A stretch of 64,000 bases of DNA from Amphiscolops sp. MND2022 (taxonomy: Eukaryota), in assembly GCA_964187785.1 (NCBI GenBank), contig OZ076413.1, forward strand, positions 43,278,001 through 43,342,000, given 5' to 3'. A model generated the notes under the pieces. It made no database searches, was not told the DNA's origin, and saw nothing but the letters and a program-made list of their open reading frames with translations. Below are positions 41,618-55,430 of this stretch, in pieces. Position numbers and translations under genes: made by a program. The stretch's first letter is position 1. The number at the start of each line of letters is the position of its first letter.

Positions 41618-44149
41618 TAACTATGGTCTGGTTAACGTGAGTTTTTCTACATGTTGGATGAGTTCTTCTGCGTGCGCGTAAGTTTGAATCACGCACTGGA
41701 TGGAAATTTTAATGCTGACAAAGGTACAAGATAGACAAAATGGCCCATTTGTTTGATGTTTTCGTCACTAGCAACTTTTTCTACCATTATTCAAAAAACC
41801 GCCCTCCCTCTTTGTGTTTTAGCAAAACCAAATAGCAATTCAGCATGGAGTTACCTGTTTAAGTTATCCGGCACTCTGCGACTTACCGGAGATTTGAAGA
41901 ATTTCTTTGAACATATTTTGTTTTTTTTTTGAGGTTTTTTGCTGAGGAAGACCGTTTTCCGAGTCTTGAGGGCACTTTGTTTGTTTTTCGTTTACTCCCA
42001 TGAGACTGACAAGAGTTCTCTTCATAAATTTGGAAAAAGACCCTTTATCAAATGTGCGATTTTTTAAAGAATTTTTTAATGAGGCTCGCCGCTTGAGGTT
42101 TTCTGATGTTTTCAATTTACAAAACGCGGTTTTTTACTTTAAAACGTCATACCTTTGGGTAATTTTGGAACCGTGACACTTTTCTTGGAGCATTTGTTTT
42201 GGAAGTTAAGATTTTTGTGATCTTTTAATTTTATTTTTTCAAATTTATAAAAAACTGAAATGCACCCCTTTGGACATCATGATGCTCGGAAGTAATAGTG
42301 GACGACGAAAAACATCACAGCCCTTGTGTCGTTGCACCCCTTGTTAATTTAACAATTAGGACATTTGTAAATCACATATTCATCGAGTTCTCAAGGGGAC
42401 TCATGAAATATTGAACACGAGAAGACCAACGCCACGACGCAATAGACCAACCAACCATCAACTAATGATTTTTCCAGCAAGTATGTCGTCGAAACAGAGG
42501 ATGAAAAGCTGCCACACATTCAAGAAGATGAAGGAAAACAAGACTCAAAAAAGTGGGAACGTGTTGGTCTTTTTTCGACGATATCAAAAATTCAAAATTC
42601 AATCTAAACATTTAAAGCTGCCAAACTTCACTGTACAAAATTGCCCCCCCAAATTTGGATGAAAGGTTGAAGCAGCTTGGTAAAAGTTGGATACAATAAA
42701 AAATATGTCACATAATGGACTTTCAGAGAATCATAATATACGTTCTAAAACTTGAAAATTTAAAGCGGTGTAAACAAAAGATTTTTCCAGATAAATCAGT
42801 GCATATTACATTGTATTGCATTTCAAAGACTGAACAACAGAGATGAACTATTTCATATAATAATTGAAAAAAGGTCAACCCGAAACAGCACCAGCACTTG
42901 CCTCCTACTGTATATGGAAATGACTGTAAAAGCAAAACGGAGAACGACGCAGACAAGGAATTGCATAACTTGCACAATAGAATCAGAAAAGACGGTGGGA
43001 TGAAAGGTCTGATTTGGGATCGGAACATGGGTTATTTTTTTCGAAACTTCTTAGAAATCAGTGATTACATCATTTTGACTGCCTAACAAGTGATTTCTCC
43101 TCTTTCTGGGGCTGGAGAGACCTGTGACAAAATTTTGCAACGAATTTTCCGAAATCGAACCGGTCTCCATCCGGAATGAGAAAAAGCTGCCTTAAATCTT
43201 GACTCAAACTATGAAGTTATTGGAGTTCTGAGATGCATTATATTCCTCGTGCCATCCATGAGCAGGTTCAAAGTTGAAAATTAAAAAGAGTTTTCTGATC
43301 TGGTTCAGATCATTTGTTCAACGGTTCTCAGTATAATTAAAATCATCGTCTTCCAACTTTTTCCTGGTTGTAGCTGTTTTTAGTTTTAAAAAAATAGTAA
43401 GGAATGAGTTATGTTGAAGATTGTAGAAAAAAAAATCATTTTTTGCAAAAAGGTTTTGTGATGCCAATTTTTGTGCTATCAATGGCATCATTCAGCTGTG
43501 GAAGCTTTAGAACTTGAACATTTTATAAAAAAGCCTTTTGATTATGCGCGAAGTCCAGACGATAGACACAACTAGGTTCATCACGTTCTAGGTTCATCTA
43601 GACCGTCGGATCAAAAAAAGCAGCTTGTAACGACTGCTTGACTTTATCTTGCGCTGAAGCTCGACAAGTTTTAAGCTTCCCTGATCCGTTGTTTAGTACT
43701 AAGGACCGTTACTCAACAATCCTGGTTTGCGTGTTTTGATGACAGTATCTTTTAGTTGGTGGGTCCGATGTGACCAGTGGGATCTCCTGCGATCCTGCTT
43801 TGCACTAGGGTGTATCTTCTGGAATCCATTACAAACTTCCCGCTCTATATCTTCACCCGCTCGAGCTCTCACACTATGAGAGTAGCTACTTGTTCGTTCG
43901 CACCGACTTCGTAGCGAAAAGTTGTTTATTGACCAATGAAGTAACTTTTATCACGAAATTGAGCAATGAAGGGGTCGAATTACACCACTTCCGGTACTAA
44001 ATGCTCGGAACCCAGAGGAGGTACGGAGTTAGGTGCGCGGAGTCAAAAGACGAATTAGTAATTCTAGTACAAACTAGTCAAGTTTCGGGGTGATTGAACA
44101 TGTGCTTCTCAAAAAGAGGGGTGGCCAGAAATAATTGCTGAATGTGATA

Positions 44150-47100
44150 ATTTTCAATTGGAACCTTGACACTGTTTCAAAGTGATAATTTTTATGTGGA
44201 ACCTTGACAGTGTTTCAAAGTATCCGTCTTCCGTTTTCACCAGGGCCGCTCTCACTCGCCCATTGCTTTCATGATAGAGTTCCAACACTATACCCATCTT
44301 GTAGTGTGCTCTTTTCATCTTGTCATCAACTATCCAAACCAAATCATTGACTTCCAGCTGTCTAACTTCTTATTTGTTTCATTTAGATCTTTCATTCTTT
44401 CGATTCAAATCTTCTCCGTTCTATCTGCCAAGATCATATCCGCGTATGACTGTGATACTCTTCGCAGATCCGCATGTAGTAGTGCGTCACGGAAGGTATT
44501 GCTGGACTCGCTCGCCCTAACAGGAAGTGTTTTGGAATCGAAGCTTCCAATTCTTCAGGATCGTCACTGACACTCGCCAGAGGTCTCGAATTCAAAATCT
44601 GCTCGACTAGGCACATGGTTGTTGATAGTACGTGATCTTTCAGATTTCTGCTTCCTATTGTTGCGATTATAGTTTTCCTGCAGCTTCTAACGAATCAATA
44701 CCAAACACCCCGCAATGCGGCGCATCTGGAGGGTTGAACTTCAATTTTATTTGCTTTTGAGCCAAAGACTGCTCAATATCTGATTGATTCCAAGCTTCTG
44801 GCAACTTTTCTTGCTGTGCCCACAAACCTAATTCCATTATTATTTGAAATGATTTTGAGTTTCCCTTTTTGAGTCTCGTTAGGGCAGCGAGATTTGCGTA
44901 GGCTTTCGGACTGGGTACGACTTCAATATGCACAGCTCTTGCTGCCAAATATGTCAAACGACAACACCAGCGTTTCATCGAGTGGCTCCTGAATCTCACT
45001 TCCAATGGTCGAAAGTAATCCACTACAGTCATCACCAAAAGAAAAACTATTCCAATCTTTTTTCAGGCAGGTCTGCCATGATGGTTGAACTCCCACAACT
45101 TGTTGCTTTCTGCAGTTAACGAACATCAACTTCACGTTATTGAGACGGTTTCGAAGCTATTTATTCCAAGAGTCTTGCTGCAGGATACTGTAAACGATTT
45201 CCGTTCTTCGTGATAATTTTTTGCGTGCCTATCCTCGATCAACTTCTTCAAAATTGGATGCTTCGCAGATGATAAAATTGAAAGTTTCAAGTCATCACTC
45301 GCTTCAACATGACGAAATTGTCCTCATAATCGCATTAGCATCTGTTCGGCCATAAATGGAGATAGTTAGTTTAGGTGATCAGAAGATGTCATAAGTTTAC
45401 CTGCGAACAAGGCTTGATAGGTTTGACCAAAGCTGTCCATCTGAGTTTTCCGCAGTAGCAATTGAATCACTTGCTGCAATTGTTTTGTCAATACCACTTT
45501 CTCTTGAAATTTGTTTGGAACCGAGGGCAATCGACGAAGATCCCTGTCATTCTTCTGGAAGAACCGAACTTCTCCCAATCGATGAAATCCCGACGCGACT
45601 TCAAAGACCTGTTTTCTGTCTTTTGCTTTTTGTTGCAGCAACAGTGGTGAGGTTTGTGGCCCAGCATTTTCATTCACTCGAAGCCATACCGATCATGCGA
45701 TCTAAGCGCTCTTTTCCACTTCTTGAACTGATTTCTTGTTCCAATAACTACCGGGATTAAGGTTCCTTCGAAATGTCTCCACTGATCATTTGTTGAGCTG
45801 CCCAGGATTTCAGCTACTTTGTTTGCCACGAACTCTGGTGGTTTTTTGTTAGCTCTACGCAACCATTTCAAAACAGTTGTCAAATCATTCTAAAAGAAAT
45901 GTTTGTTCATTTCAATATCGTGTTCACCTACGATGAGTTGTTTCGAACGAGTCGAATACACTTGTGATTATAGCTCTACACGTGGCATTGGTTGTTGCAG
46001 TTTTGACGCTACTCGGACTTTTCGCCTCACATGGGTGAGCTCTCCGTTTCGCTGATCTCCAAAAAAAGCTACTATGAACATAGATTCTACGGATGCATCG
46101 TCGAAAACTTTCATGCACGAGATAGGTTTTGAGGATTAATCTCGGATCTAAGTCACATGAATGAGATGACTGTCAAAAGCTAACATCCACTACTTGGCAA
46201 GTCCGCTACTTGAACATTTTTGATGATTTCAACCCAAACGGGTCAAACACAGAGGATACTTGATATAAAATAATCTTCTGAGTGACCTTGACAGGGAATT
46301 TTTCCATGCTGCGGCATATTTGAAGACTGTCTGACTTTAATTCCTCCGACGTCGTGAGATAGAGGTTGCCGAAGGTTCTGCTTCGAATGTTTCTCGTAGC
46401 GCGACTTATCGACCTTCAGAAGGCATTTCTTCCAATACTTTCTCGGAGTTGAAAACCGCCAATCGCTCAGGACTTTCGTAAATTCCTTTACATTTCAACA
46501 GCCTCTGCCTCTAAAGCCACTGACTTCTCAAAACTGTCGATATAAAAAACTCTGTTAATCAACTTTGCGACCACCACCCCTTTGTCATCTCTGCAGTCTC
46601 GCCGAATTGTTGCAAAGCATAGTTGACGCATGCTAGCGAATTCATAGCCCCAAAATTTGTCTACCATATTCAAACACAGACATGGTTCAATGTTTCTTTC
46701 TTTCCACAAAAATCTATCCTTTCCACAAAAGTCCACAAAGATCTACCTTGTGATCAACCGGAGGGACCTTCACTTGGAAAAACACCACTTCAACGTCTTC
46801 TGTAAACGAAAATGGCTTCTCCTTGAATCCGAATATAATTCTGATGAGCGATTGTAGAATTTCTGGCCCAGCTTTCAGATAATCGTACAGTGAAGCTTTT
46901 CGAACTTTGAAGCAGCATTGCATACCGGTCTGAATTCTCATCAATTCTTTTTTACGTCCACATCAATTATCTCTTGGAAGTGTTGTTGCAAATGCTCATT
47001 CTTTCCTAGTCGGCGCTTGAAATACTTCATTTGGCTCAGTGCTGAATTTTCGGCAGATGGGGTTTTGCATTTTTCCAAGGAAGCCCTAACTCATACCGCT

Positions 47101-49650
47101 CTCAGTGAATCTTCGTGGTTGCCTTGAGCATTTCAAGGACTCTCATATTCTTTTGACCTTCCGGATGCATTGCAGTTGGAAGTATACGATTCCATACTCA
47201 ACCAAGGTATCACTTGATCAACCAATGGGTCCACTTCTGCCGCAACTGAGCTTTCAGCTGCGAGTTTCGCAGTCTCTTGTTGAGACAACAGTCCACAGAA
47301 CATCCATCTGAACTTAGTTTGCACAACCCAATGTTTTGCGTTTCCACATTTTGTTTGTTCTGGTGCTCTATGCAAGTGATTACAATTTTGACCCAAGATG
47401 AATTTGAATTCTTCCAAGTTGATGGTAGACTCTTTCAAAGCTGACTCTATCAAAAATGTGAGTATATCCTTCCTTCAATTTCATTAGATTGTACGTTCGA
47501 TTCTCCGCATTTACCTTGGGGTGACTATGGGCACTGATGTTTTCATCAATTTCTTGGTTTTGATTCCAATCTCCACATGCATTCTTAGGCATCTGAAATC
47601 CGACATGTCATGAATCTCTGCCAAATTCAAATCAAATGCCTGCCCCGTCTTCCTATAGCTTTTATCAAATTAGTTTCTACAAATGACGGACTTGCCTCAG
47701 AGTCTCACAAAGCGAACGTTTCCAGTGGTTTGCGCCCGCGTCTCACCATTACTGTAATGACCTGAAACACTCCACTGCTTCTCACTGAGGACATGTTTGA
47801 GACTTCAATATTTTGCATTTTCCCATTTTCTTGTATGGTCGTTGATGAGCTTTTTCGCAACTATTGACGTCGCAGAATCCCGTCTGAGCACTTTCTCATA
47901 AATGTGCGTCTGACAAACATTTGAAGTACAGTCTCAGTTCTTTCATCTTTTGTCCTCGAAGTTCATCTTGAAACTTTTAAAATTCCATATTGGGTGCTTG
48001 CCATCTTTCAACACACTCACACAGGGTTTCCAAATTGTCCTTCACTGTTTTTTGTTGCTGATGCTGCAAACGTAGAGCATTTGGCCTTTCGTTAAAGCTG
48101 GACTCCGCGCGACCAGCAATCAGATTTTAAGACAAAAGCATTTCACCTTGCACATCTGCTTCTTCATTGAGCCATTCTCTGAACTCAGTGAGCTCAGGTT
48201 GAGTGCGCTACAGGTTCGTTTGCTTGACATCAGTGAGTCATTCTCTTTCCATGTCCAGTGTTATCTTCCTTGTGGCACTGCTCTGAACTCATTTTGAGTT
48301 TAGGTCCCCCACATAAATGAAATGTGTCAGAACATTCACAAAACTCGACAGTAATCTCGCATTCTTGAGCAAGGCAGCTTCTCTTTTAGCTTTCATAGAT
48401 AAAAGGAGTAAAATCGCTTCTGAGCTTTCACTACCATCTGGAGTTACCAAAGTTACCGAATAGCACGTTCAACGCCACCTTTAACGTCTCAGCAGTGTAT
48501 CCAAGCCAGCATCTTTGGTTTTGCCTGTGACCATGGATTTCAGCTGATTCATCTTCATGGTGTCGTCCATAATCGCTGCGTGGATGGTTGCTTGCAATAG
48601 TTGCAACAAAACGGCCCATTCCAAGAGGTCACCGGAACTTTCTGACAACTTTATTTTTGGCGAGCTAGATTTAATGTAATAGTCGTCTCTTGCATTGGAG
48701 GCAAAGTTTACCCTGCACTTGGCAATTACTGCTTCTGCGTGTTCGCAAACTGCGGTACTTCTAGTGCACTACATCGGTTGCCTCCATTTGTAGGCGGAAT
48801 TCAAATGTGACCTCTATTTTTGGTCCTTGACTGTTTCAACATACCGAAGGTCACATATGGATGTACTTTTGCTCTTGCACTGCAAGCTACGTGGTCTGTC
48901 ATCTCTCGCACAGCGTGTTTTGTGGACATGGTCGGTTTCCTTGAGTGTTTGAAGTCCCTTGCTTGCGCGTAGCATTGTCCTTCGCTCGTAGACTGTACAG
49001 CACTCACTTGTTTTGACACGTACTTTTGCGAGTGTACTGATGGAACGTTACGCGTCTGAACCACTATTCCAGCTACTTCTGTTTCGTCCATCCATACTGA
49101 GATTTTCGTGAAATTTTCTTGTGGTAGAGCGATCGGTGAGATACTGCGAAGGCTAGAACTACAACTGCTTGAATCTTTTTCATATTATATGTCCTTTTAG
49201 GCAATTCTGGCTTCCGGGCCAGCTCAACTTGTAAGTACTTCTGTTTAACTTCTTGTTTCGGTTTCTCCAGAGAGAAGGTGGTTTTGCCGTCACCTGAGGG
49301 GTTTGCAGTCGGTCTTGCTCTATCAACGTTTTTTACTCCAAATGCAGAACTCATCTTGCACTTGATGGTTTTGAAATCACCGAGATACTGTTGCTTCTGT
49401 TTTTTTCACATTGTGCAGGTATGCTCAATTCCCCTGTTTGCAATGCTCCAGCTTCAGTTTTTGGCTCCTGGCTATCACCAGTTTTGTTGTGGTCAGGTAC
49501 CATTTTCACGGGTTTTATCTGCTGTCGAATATTTTCCGAACGTCTGCTAGTCTTTGTTCAGCGCCTTCAAGACTCCGCAAAATGGCTCGTTCATTTCCTG
49601 ACTTCAGCGGAGCTTCCTTTTTCTCTTCTATAACAGACCTTTTCCTTTAT
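44150..49650 (-). mobile_element. BEL/Pao LTR retrotransposon 2, heavily decayed gag-pol
   Basis: Integrase (VDYFRPL; RAVHIEVV; KFNPPDAPHCG; EQILNSRPL; PKHFLLGR; VWIVDD..R..YKMGIV...NGRVR), RNase H (FVANKVAEIL..QWRH), RT (LYDYLKAGPEILQSL; FYIDSF); gag further right. Boundaries approximate. Confidence 0.85.
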
Positions 49651-49825
49651 ACCTAAGAGCAGGCCAAATACCTTTATACATCACCTTCATCGTGAAATGC
49701 TGACGTCAGTGTCTTCCTCTTCCAATGCTAGAGTTTTGATGCTCCAACTCACTAAATCGGCAGCGCATCGGTTTGTTAATTGGGGCACGAGCGGAGCGAG
49801 ATGCCCATATGGTGACGTTTTTTTT

Positions 49826-51690
49826 GAGGCTTGGAGCGAGCGAAGCGAAGCGACGAAGTCTCTATTGTTCCGCGTTTACTAGCGTTTTGTTTTTTTTCGC
49901 GTGACATACCCTCTGCATTTGTATTAATTGAAGGCTATTTTCTCAGAGCCTATTTTTCCGCGACCATCCAAACTTTCCAAAAAGAAACGCAACTTGATGC
50001 TCTTTCTAACCGTGTGAAAATTTTCCACCGGCGCGATTTTATTAGCTTCGAAAGCGCGAAATTTTCGAAACATTTTAGGGTTTTTGTCGATTTTGCTATT
50101 TTTCTTTTGGCAAACCACAGCGAATTGGCCCGATGTAGGTACTAACCGACGTAAAACGATGTTTTCTTTAATTTGGTGAAGTTTTTTTATCCTAGAATTA
50201 TTGGGCTTTGCGAAAATGACCATTAAAAATAGGAAAAATTTTCGGTTTTTTTGCGTAAAAAATTTCTCAACCTATTTTCAAGTAGCAATCAGTTCTAATC
50301 CAAGCAGTGGTGTTTCTACTCGATAACAGGTCTGCTTAGCTGCCCAAAGTTAGAAATTGGAAAGTCACAACGTTTACGTCGGACAGATAGAGACAAAAAA
50401 GTTTTCAAATTTTTTGAACTTTTGATAAATTGCTCTCTTTATTCAATTTTGTAAAAGTTTTGGCCTATTTTCTCGGAGCCTAATACTTCGAGACCATCCA
50501 AAAACTCAACAAATTGTTGGAACTGAATTTGTTGGTGAAGATTTGAATGTTGTTGGATTTTCGGGCAGTTCATTGTATATTATACAAATTGTGCTTTACT
50601 ACGAATCTTGAAATAAATGAATATTTGATCCTTCAATTTTTAAATATACATTTTCCAAACTAATCTTAGGAAGGAGTGAAATAGACGAAGTTACCGGAAC
50701 GGTCTTGTAAAAATGCATAGATTGCGGTCTGATTACCCCTAGTAACCCTCCTACTGTCTTATTTGCACGGCTGTTGTTAAAAATGCTGACTTCATCCTTG
50801 GAAGGTTTTTATTTATTTATACTGCTAGTAGAAAATGTAAAAATGCTCGAAGACCTATCGGCAATGTACATTGAATCATATACTCCATAATTGCTCATTG
50901 ATTTGCTTTGTCTCATGCCTGTAAAATTTTCGGTGAATAGTTTTTTTGTCCATTTTTGATGTCGGAAACCAAAGTTTTTTTTCAGACCTCTCGATGTATG
51001 GGTTTTCGAGAGTGAGATCATATTGGACCACTGGAGTACATACTCACCGTTAGTTATTGATGATGTGGTTGTTTGAAGCGTAAAACCGCGAAATTTCCGT
51101 TCTTAACGTATTCTATCCAGTGAATATCTGCACAGAAGGTATTATGCATTACCGCAATATTCCTGAGAGATTTGATGTCATATGCAACGATTAAATCAAG
51201 ACAACACTAAGTTATATTCACACCTCGCTGTGCAATGATATTCAACTACGTTGTATTGAAAACAAAAATGATTTCGGACCTTTTCGTGATTTTGCCCCAT
51301 TCGCAAATTTTAACAGGTTATTCATCCTCTGGAATACGTTTCCAACGGTGCCCACTGATGCTGGAAGGTTGTTTGATGCACAATTCAGCTAATTTTTAGA
51401 ACTGAAAGTATACTTGCTAGTGATGGCACATATCAACCGTCCTATTGATAACTAGGGCAGCCCTTCCTTTTATATAGTGGTAAAGGCCGAAAAAGTTAAG
51501 CTTCATAGGATTAATACCCGCAAATCTTTTCAATTTCATTGTATTTTGAGCATTCTCGTGCCGTATATAACCTTAGCTATTCGTTATAGCTAATAACTTG
51601 GTAATATGGTTCAAATGCACATGATGATAGTCAATTATGGCTGCGGGACCTGTCGCTCGAAGCCGTGCGCAAATTCCTTTGCGCCTATGT
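49826..51690 (+). mobile_element. Helentron/HINE-type element (inner), inserted in a T-run of the outer element
   Basis: subTIRs GGCTTGGAGCGAG (49828-49840) / GTCGCTCGAAGCC (51652-51664); 3' stem-loop GCGCAAA-TTCC-TTTGCGC, then CTATG; T-runs on both sides. Confidence 0.7.
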
Positions 51691-51779
51691 TTTTTTTTCG
51701 CAGATTTCGTGACATGTGCCAACTTTTCAAACTTGTGCGGCAAATTTCTCAAAACCCATAACAGATACGGACACCATGT

Positions 51780-52925
51780 TTCCGCTAAAAGTTGCGCAGG
51801 TTCCTGGGCTACATTTTTGTCGAAAAAAAAATTCGAAAAAAACTCGGCTTCATGGTTTTTTTTAAAAAGAAGTTTTGAAAAAACGCTACTTTTGACTGTT
51901 TTTTATGTTTGATCCCCTATTTCTCAGAACCAGGACCAAATACAGGGTCCATGGTTTCGTGTAATTTACAAGCGTTCCATGGGCTACATTTTCGCTCAAA
52001 ATTGGCGTCAAAAGTTTTTTCAGACTTGGTTTTTTGGGCAAAAAAATTAATGAAAAAAAATGTCGAAAAATTTTTTCTCATTTGTAGCTCATATTTCTCA
52101 AAACTGACGAAAGATACAGAAACCATTCTCCCTCAAGATAAACAGCAAGGATGTAAGCTAGGTTTTGTACCAACAAAGTTTCCGTCATCACGTATGACGC
52201 GTTCGTTTTTCCGCTAAAAATACTTGTTTTTTTTAAAAAAAATTTTCCTATTTATTTTATACTTGAGCCCCTATATCTCAAGACCGAGAACAAATACGCA
52301 GTCCATGGTTTCGTAATTTGTAGTAGGGCTCAGTAGGCTGCGTTTAAAACCAATAATGACGTCGAATTTTTTTTGCTCCGGTTTTTTTGGGCAAATAAAG
52401 GGATGAAGAAGAATTTTGAAAAACTTCCCATTTTTTCATAATTTGTAACTGATTTTCCTCAGAACTGAAAAGAGATACGAAAAACCTTTGTCCTAGCCAA
52501 AAGTTGGGTAGACTCCTTGGCTACCTTTTCGTTGAAAAAATTTTTCAAAAAGAATTCGGCTTCCTGTTTTTTTTTGAAAAAAGTTTTGAAAAAACGCAAA
52601 TTTTTAGAGTGTTTCATGTTTCTTCCCTTATTTCTCAAAACCGAGACCAGATACAGGGTCCATGGTTTCGTATAATATACAAGCGTTTCGTCGGCTACAT
52701 TTTTGCTAAAAAATGTTTTCAATTTTTTTTCCGACTGCGCTTTTTGGGCAAAAAAAGGGATGAAAAAATTTCGAATTTTTTTTTCTCATTTGTTGCTCAT
52801 ATCTCTCAACACTGACGAAAGATACAGAAACCATTCTTCCTCAAGACAAATAGCAAGGATGTGGACTTTTTTGTACTAATCAAGTTTTCGTCATCAAGTA
52901 TGACGCCTTCGTTTTTCTGCTAAAA
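51780..52925 (+). repeat. ~355-bp tandem repeat (about 3 units; ~710-bp higher-order similarity)
   Basis: CCCT..TCTCA..ACC..GA..ATAC..GTCCATGGTTTCGT block at ~51915, ~52270 and ~52625; units 1 and 3 most alike. Confidence 0.8.
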
Positions 52926-54299
52926 TTACAATTTTCATTTTTCTCAAACTTCAATTTCTCACCTTTCTTTTTAGTTCTTTCATCTAAATTTTCTTGATCT
53001 GAGACTAGATAAGTTCACTAGGTTTTGGAATCTGGGATATACACATTTTCTTGCACCTTCTGCAGACCATTGAACGTTTCTGCTCGTGCCCAAGCGCGAC
53101 ATGCCGTCGCGCCTATGTTTCTCTTTGCTGAGAATTTGTCAGGTATCTGCGGTTGATAATTCAACGTTATAGCATATTTGGCTGCCTCAAGGAGCATTAC
53201 GATACATGAGTCGCAAAAGTGAATTTTAATCGTTAGCTACAGTACGCTTTCGGTATGAAACAATGTCGAACCGTATTTCAGAGAAGGAGTGTAACATGTG
53301 TTAGTTTTTTAATCGCGTATTTCAGTCAAGCAGTGCAATGAAGATTCACGAGCTTCAGGTATTCGGTTTAACTAGAAGTTATTATCCTCAAAAAGTGGAT
53401 ATTAGTCAAAGTTTGACTACTTTACACCAATTGCTTCTTACTTGATAATTTTCTGCTGACGGTTCAAATTTGATTTCACTCTGTAACAACCTCTGACTGT
53501 CTTACGCTGTCAATACACATCGTAAACTCTCCGTTGTTCACTTCAACAACGCGTAATTTTTTTGACAATTTTCCGTTGGGTTCGCACGCGTCACAGTTAA
53601 ACTTTGAGAAATTGAACAATTTACAAAAGTACAATTTCAAATTCTTTCATTCATTCTATCATTTTTCGATTCATTCATAACAATTATTCAATTCGTAGAT
53701 TTCAATTACCTAATTTCATTTCAATGGATTCTATTGAAATCGTTGTTTTCCATTTTATGGACTGTGTTGGACTGGATATGAGATTATCGTTCATTTTATC
53801 GTTCTTTTTATTGTTTGGTTACAGTATTTTTATGAAAACTATCTATCTGTCAGTTTACAGTCTGTTATGAGCTGGAGGTAAGATTTTCTGTCATTTAACA
53901 TACGCTGATGAGCTGGAGATACAGTTTCATAATCTCCATATTCCGCTGTATGTCTGCTAATGTTATCCTTACTGTATCGAGCGCATCAACCTAAATTAAG
54001 AAAACAATTAAGTAGAAATTAGGTCGTTCGAGGAACCATCTCTTCACACTCATCACATTCACAGTAGCAGTGTTGATTGACACCACGCTGTTCAATAGGA
54101 CCAGGACCGTTTCCGTTCATATCTAACTGTAAGTTTCACAAACTTAGAAAGTTGAATCATGAAGTAGCTTATAACAAGCTCCGTAAAATGGAAAAGAACT
54201 GAATATTAGAAAAGACAAAAAAACCGAGCAGAACCTAAATTGAAAACGTATCTGATTTAAATAATGTACCAGTTAACAATGCTTCTCTACATGCGCTCT

Positions 54300-55430
54300 A
54301 CGAATTTGCATTGTGTTGGAATTCACGTTTGATACGAGAATCGCGTGAAAAATTTATCAAAGATGTTCCTATTGAAGCTGAGGGTACAGCTTCTATCTTC
54401 TTCAAACTTTAAGGATATTAAAACAGCTCTCCCTTCCGCAACTTTGTCCTATTCGTCCCCAAGAATGGCGTGTCAACTTGCAGTTGACACGGCGCCTTCG
54501 TCTTTCACACTATACGTCACCGGACCGTCTCTAATGCCGAGTACGTGCAGTGTCGCATTTGTACTTGGGGCAATATCACTTCTGATATTCTTTACTCTGC
54601 TAGCCTCGTTGGAGGATTGCATCAATGTATACCTTAAGTTTGAGTTTGCCCAATAAATCAATTAGTGTTCCTCATGAAGGGTCACTGCTGGGTGAAAGTC
54701 GAGAGGGGAAACGCGTCCTTTCTTTAAATAATTGATTGGGATAGTGGATTTGAAAATGGAATTTTCACCAATTTCGACTTCCAGCAACAATTTAATCTCA
54801 GGGAAGTATAGATCCTTCACTTCCCAGTCATCTCCCATTAGTGACACGGTGTCACTTTTCATGACCACACCCCTACCAATCGGTATACGGATAAGCTTGA
54901 ACCGACTATAAGCTTATTCAGAATTGAATCAGATGGTCTCCCATAAAAAACCTGCTTCTCTTTGACAACCTTTGTCTTTTTTTTTCAGGATCTCAATTTC
55001 ATATGGTTCCCCCCGCTGGTCTGCTGCTCTCTCGTGCTTTCCTCTCCCGGTCCTTTCATGAGATCGTGGTGACATTAACTGCATTGTTGCTGCTCAACGA
55101 GAAATTTGCTTTCTACGATGGGTACCATATTCGGAATGCCAGCATTTTTTAAAGGAAAGGGTCGTTTTTTATCACATAGCCTTCTTCGATATCTCCCGTT
55201 AGAAGCTCAACTCTGTCTAATGATTGGATGTAAAATATTCTTATCGATCCTCACAGGTTTATTTTTCATGTATCCTAGGACTCCCAGGCTCAGCACTAAC
55301 TCTGTCTTTCAAATGTATCCTGAAATCATCGGCTCGGTATTACGAATCGGAACTTTATCAGGAAATTCGTAGAATTGGGACGGACATTCTAAGACACCAG
55401 CAGCGTGCTTACTTGTATATTTCAACCATT
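54300..55430 (-). pseudogene. Decayed orphan reading frame
   Basis: Adjacent in-frame minus-strand ORFs 54662-54868 and 54473-54661 separated by one stop, plus upstream protein-like stretch WLKYTSKHAAGVLECPSQFYEFPDKVPIRNTEP; no family recognised. Confidence 0.35.

Larger units (their letters stand above)
49778..53120 (+). mobile_element. Helentron/HINE-type element (outer)
   Basis: subTIRs GGGCACGAGCGGA (49783-49795) / TCTGCTCGTGCCC (53079-53091); 5' IR GGGCA..TGCCC; 3' stem-loop GCGCGAC-ATGCC-GTCGCGC, then CTATGTTT. Confidence 0.7.

Noticed and set aside
43627..44100. Candidate 3' LTR of BEL/Pao 2 (TGTTCAATC...GTTACA on the minus strand)
   Set aside because: No partner LTR, clear PPT or TSD is visible in the window.
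50960..51245. Pif1-helicase-like remnant in the inner Helentron (ISLSKTHTSRGLK)
   Set aside because: Resemblance to YVALSR..S..GL is weak and motif spacing does not fit; needs an HMM search.
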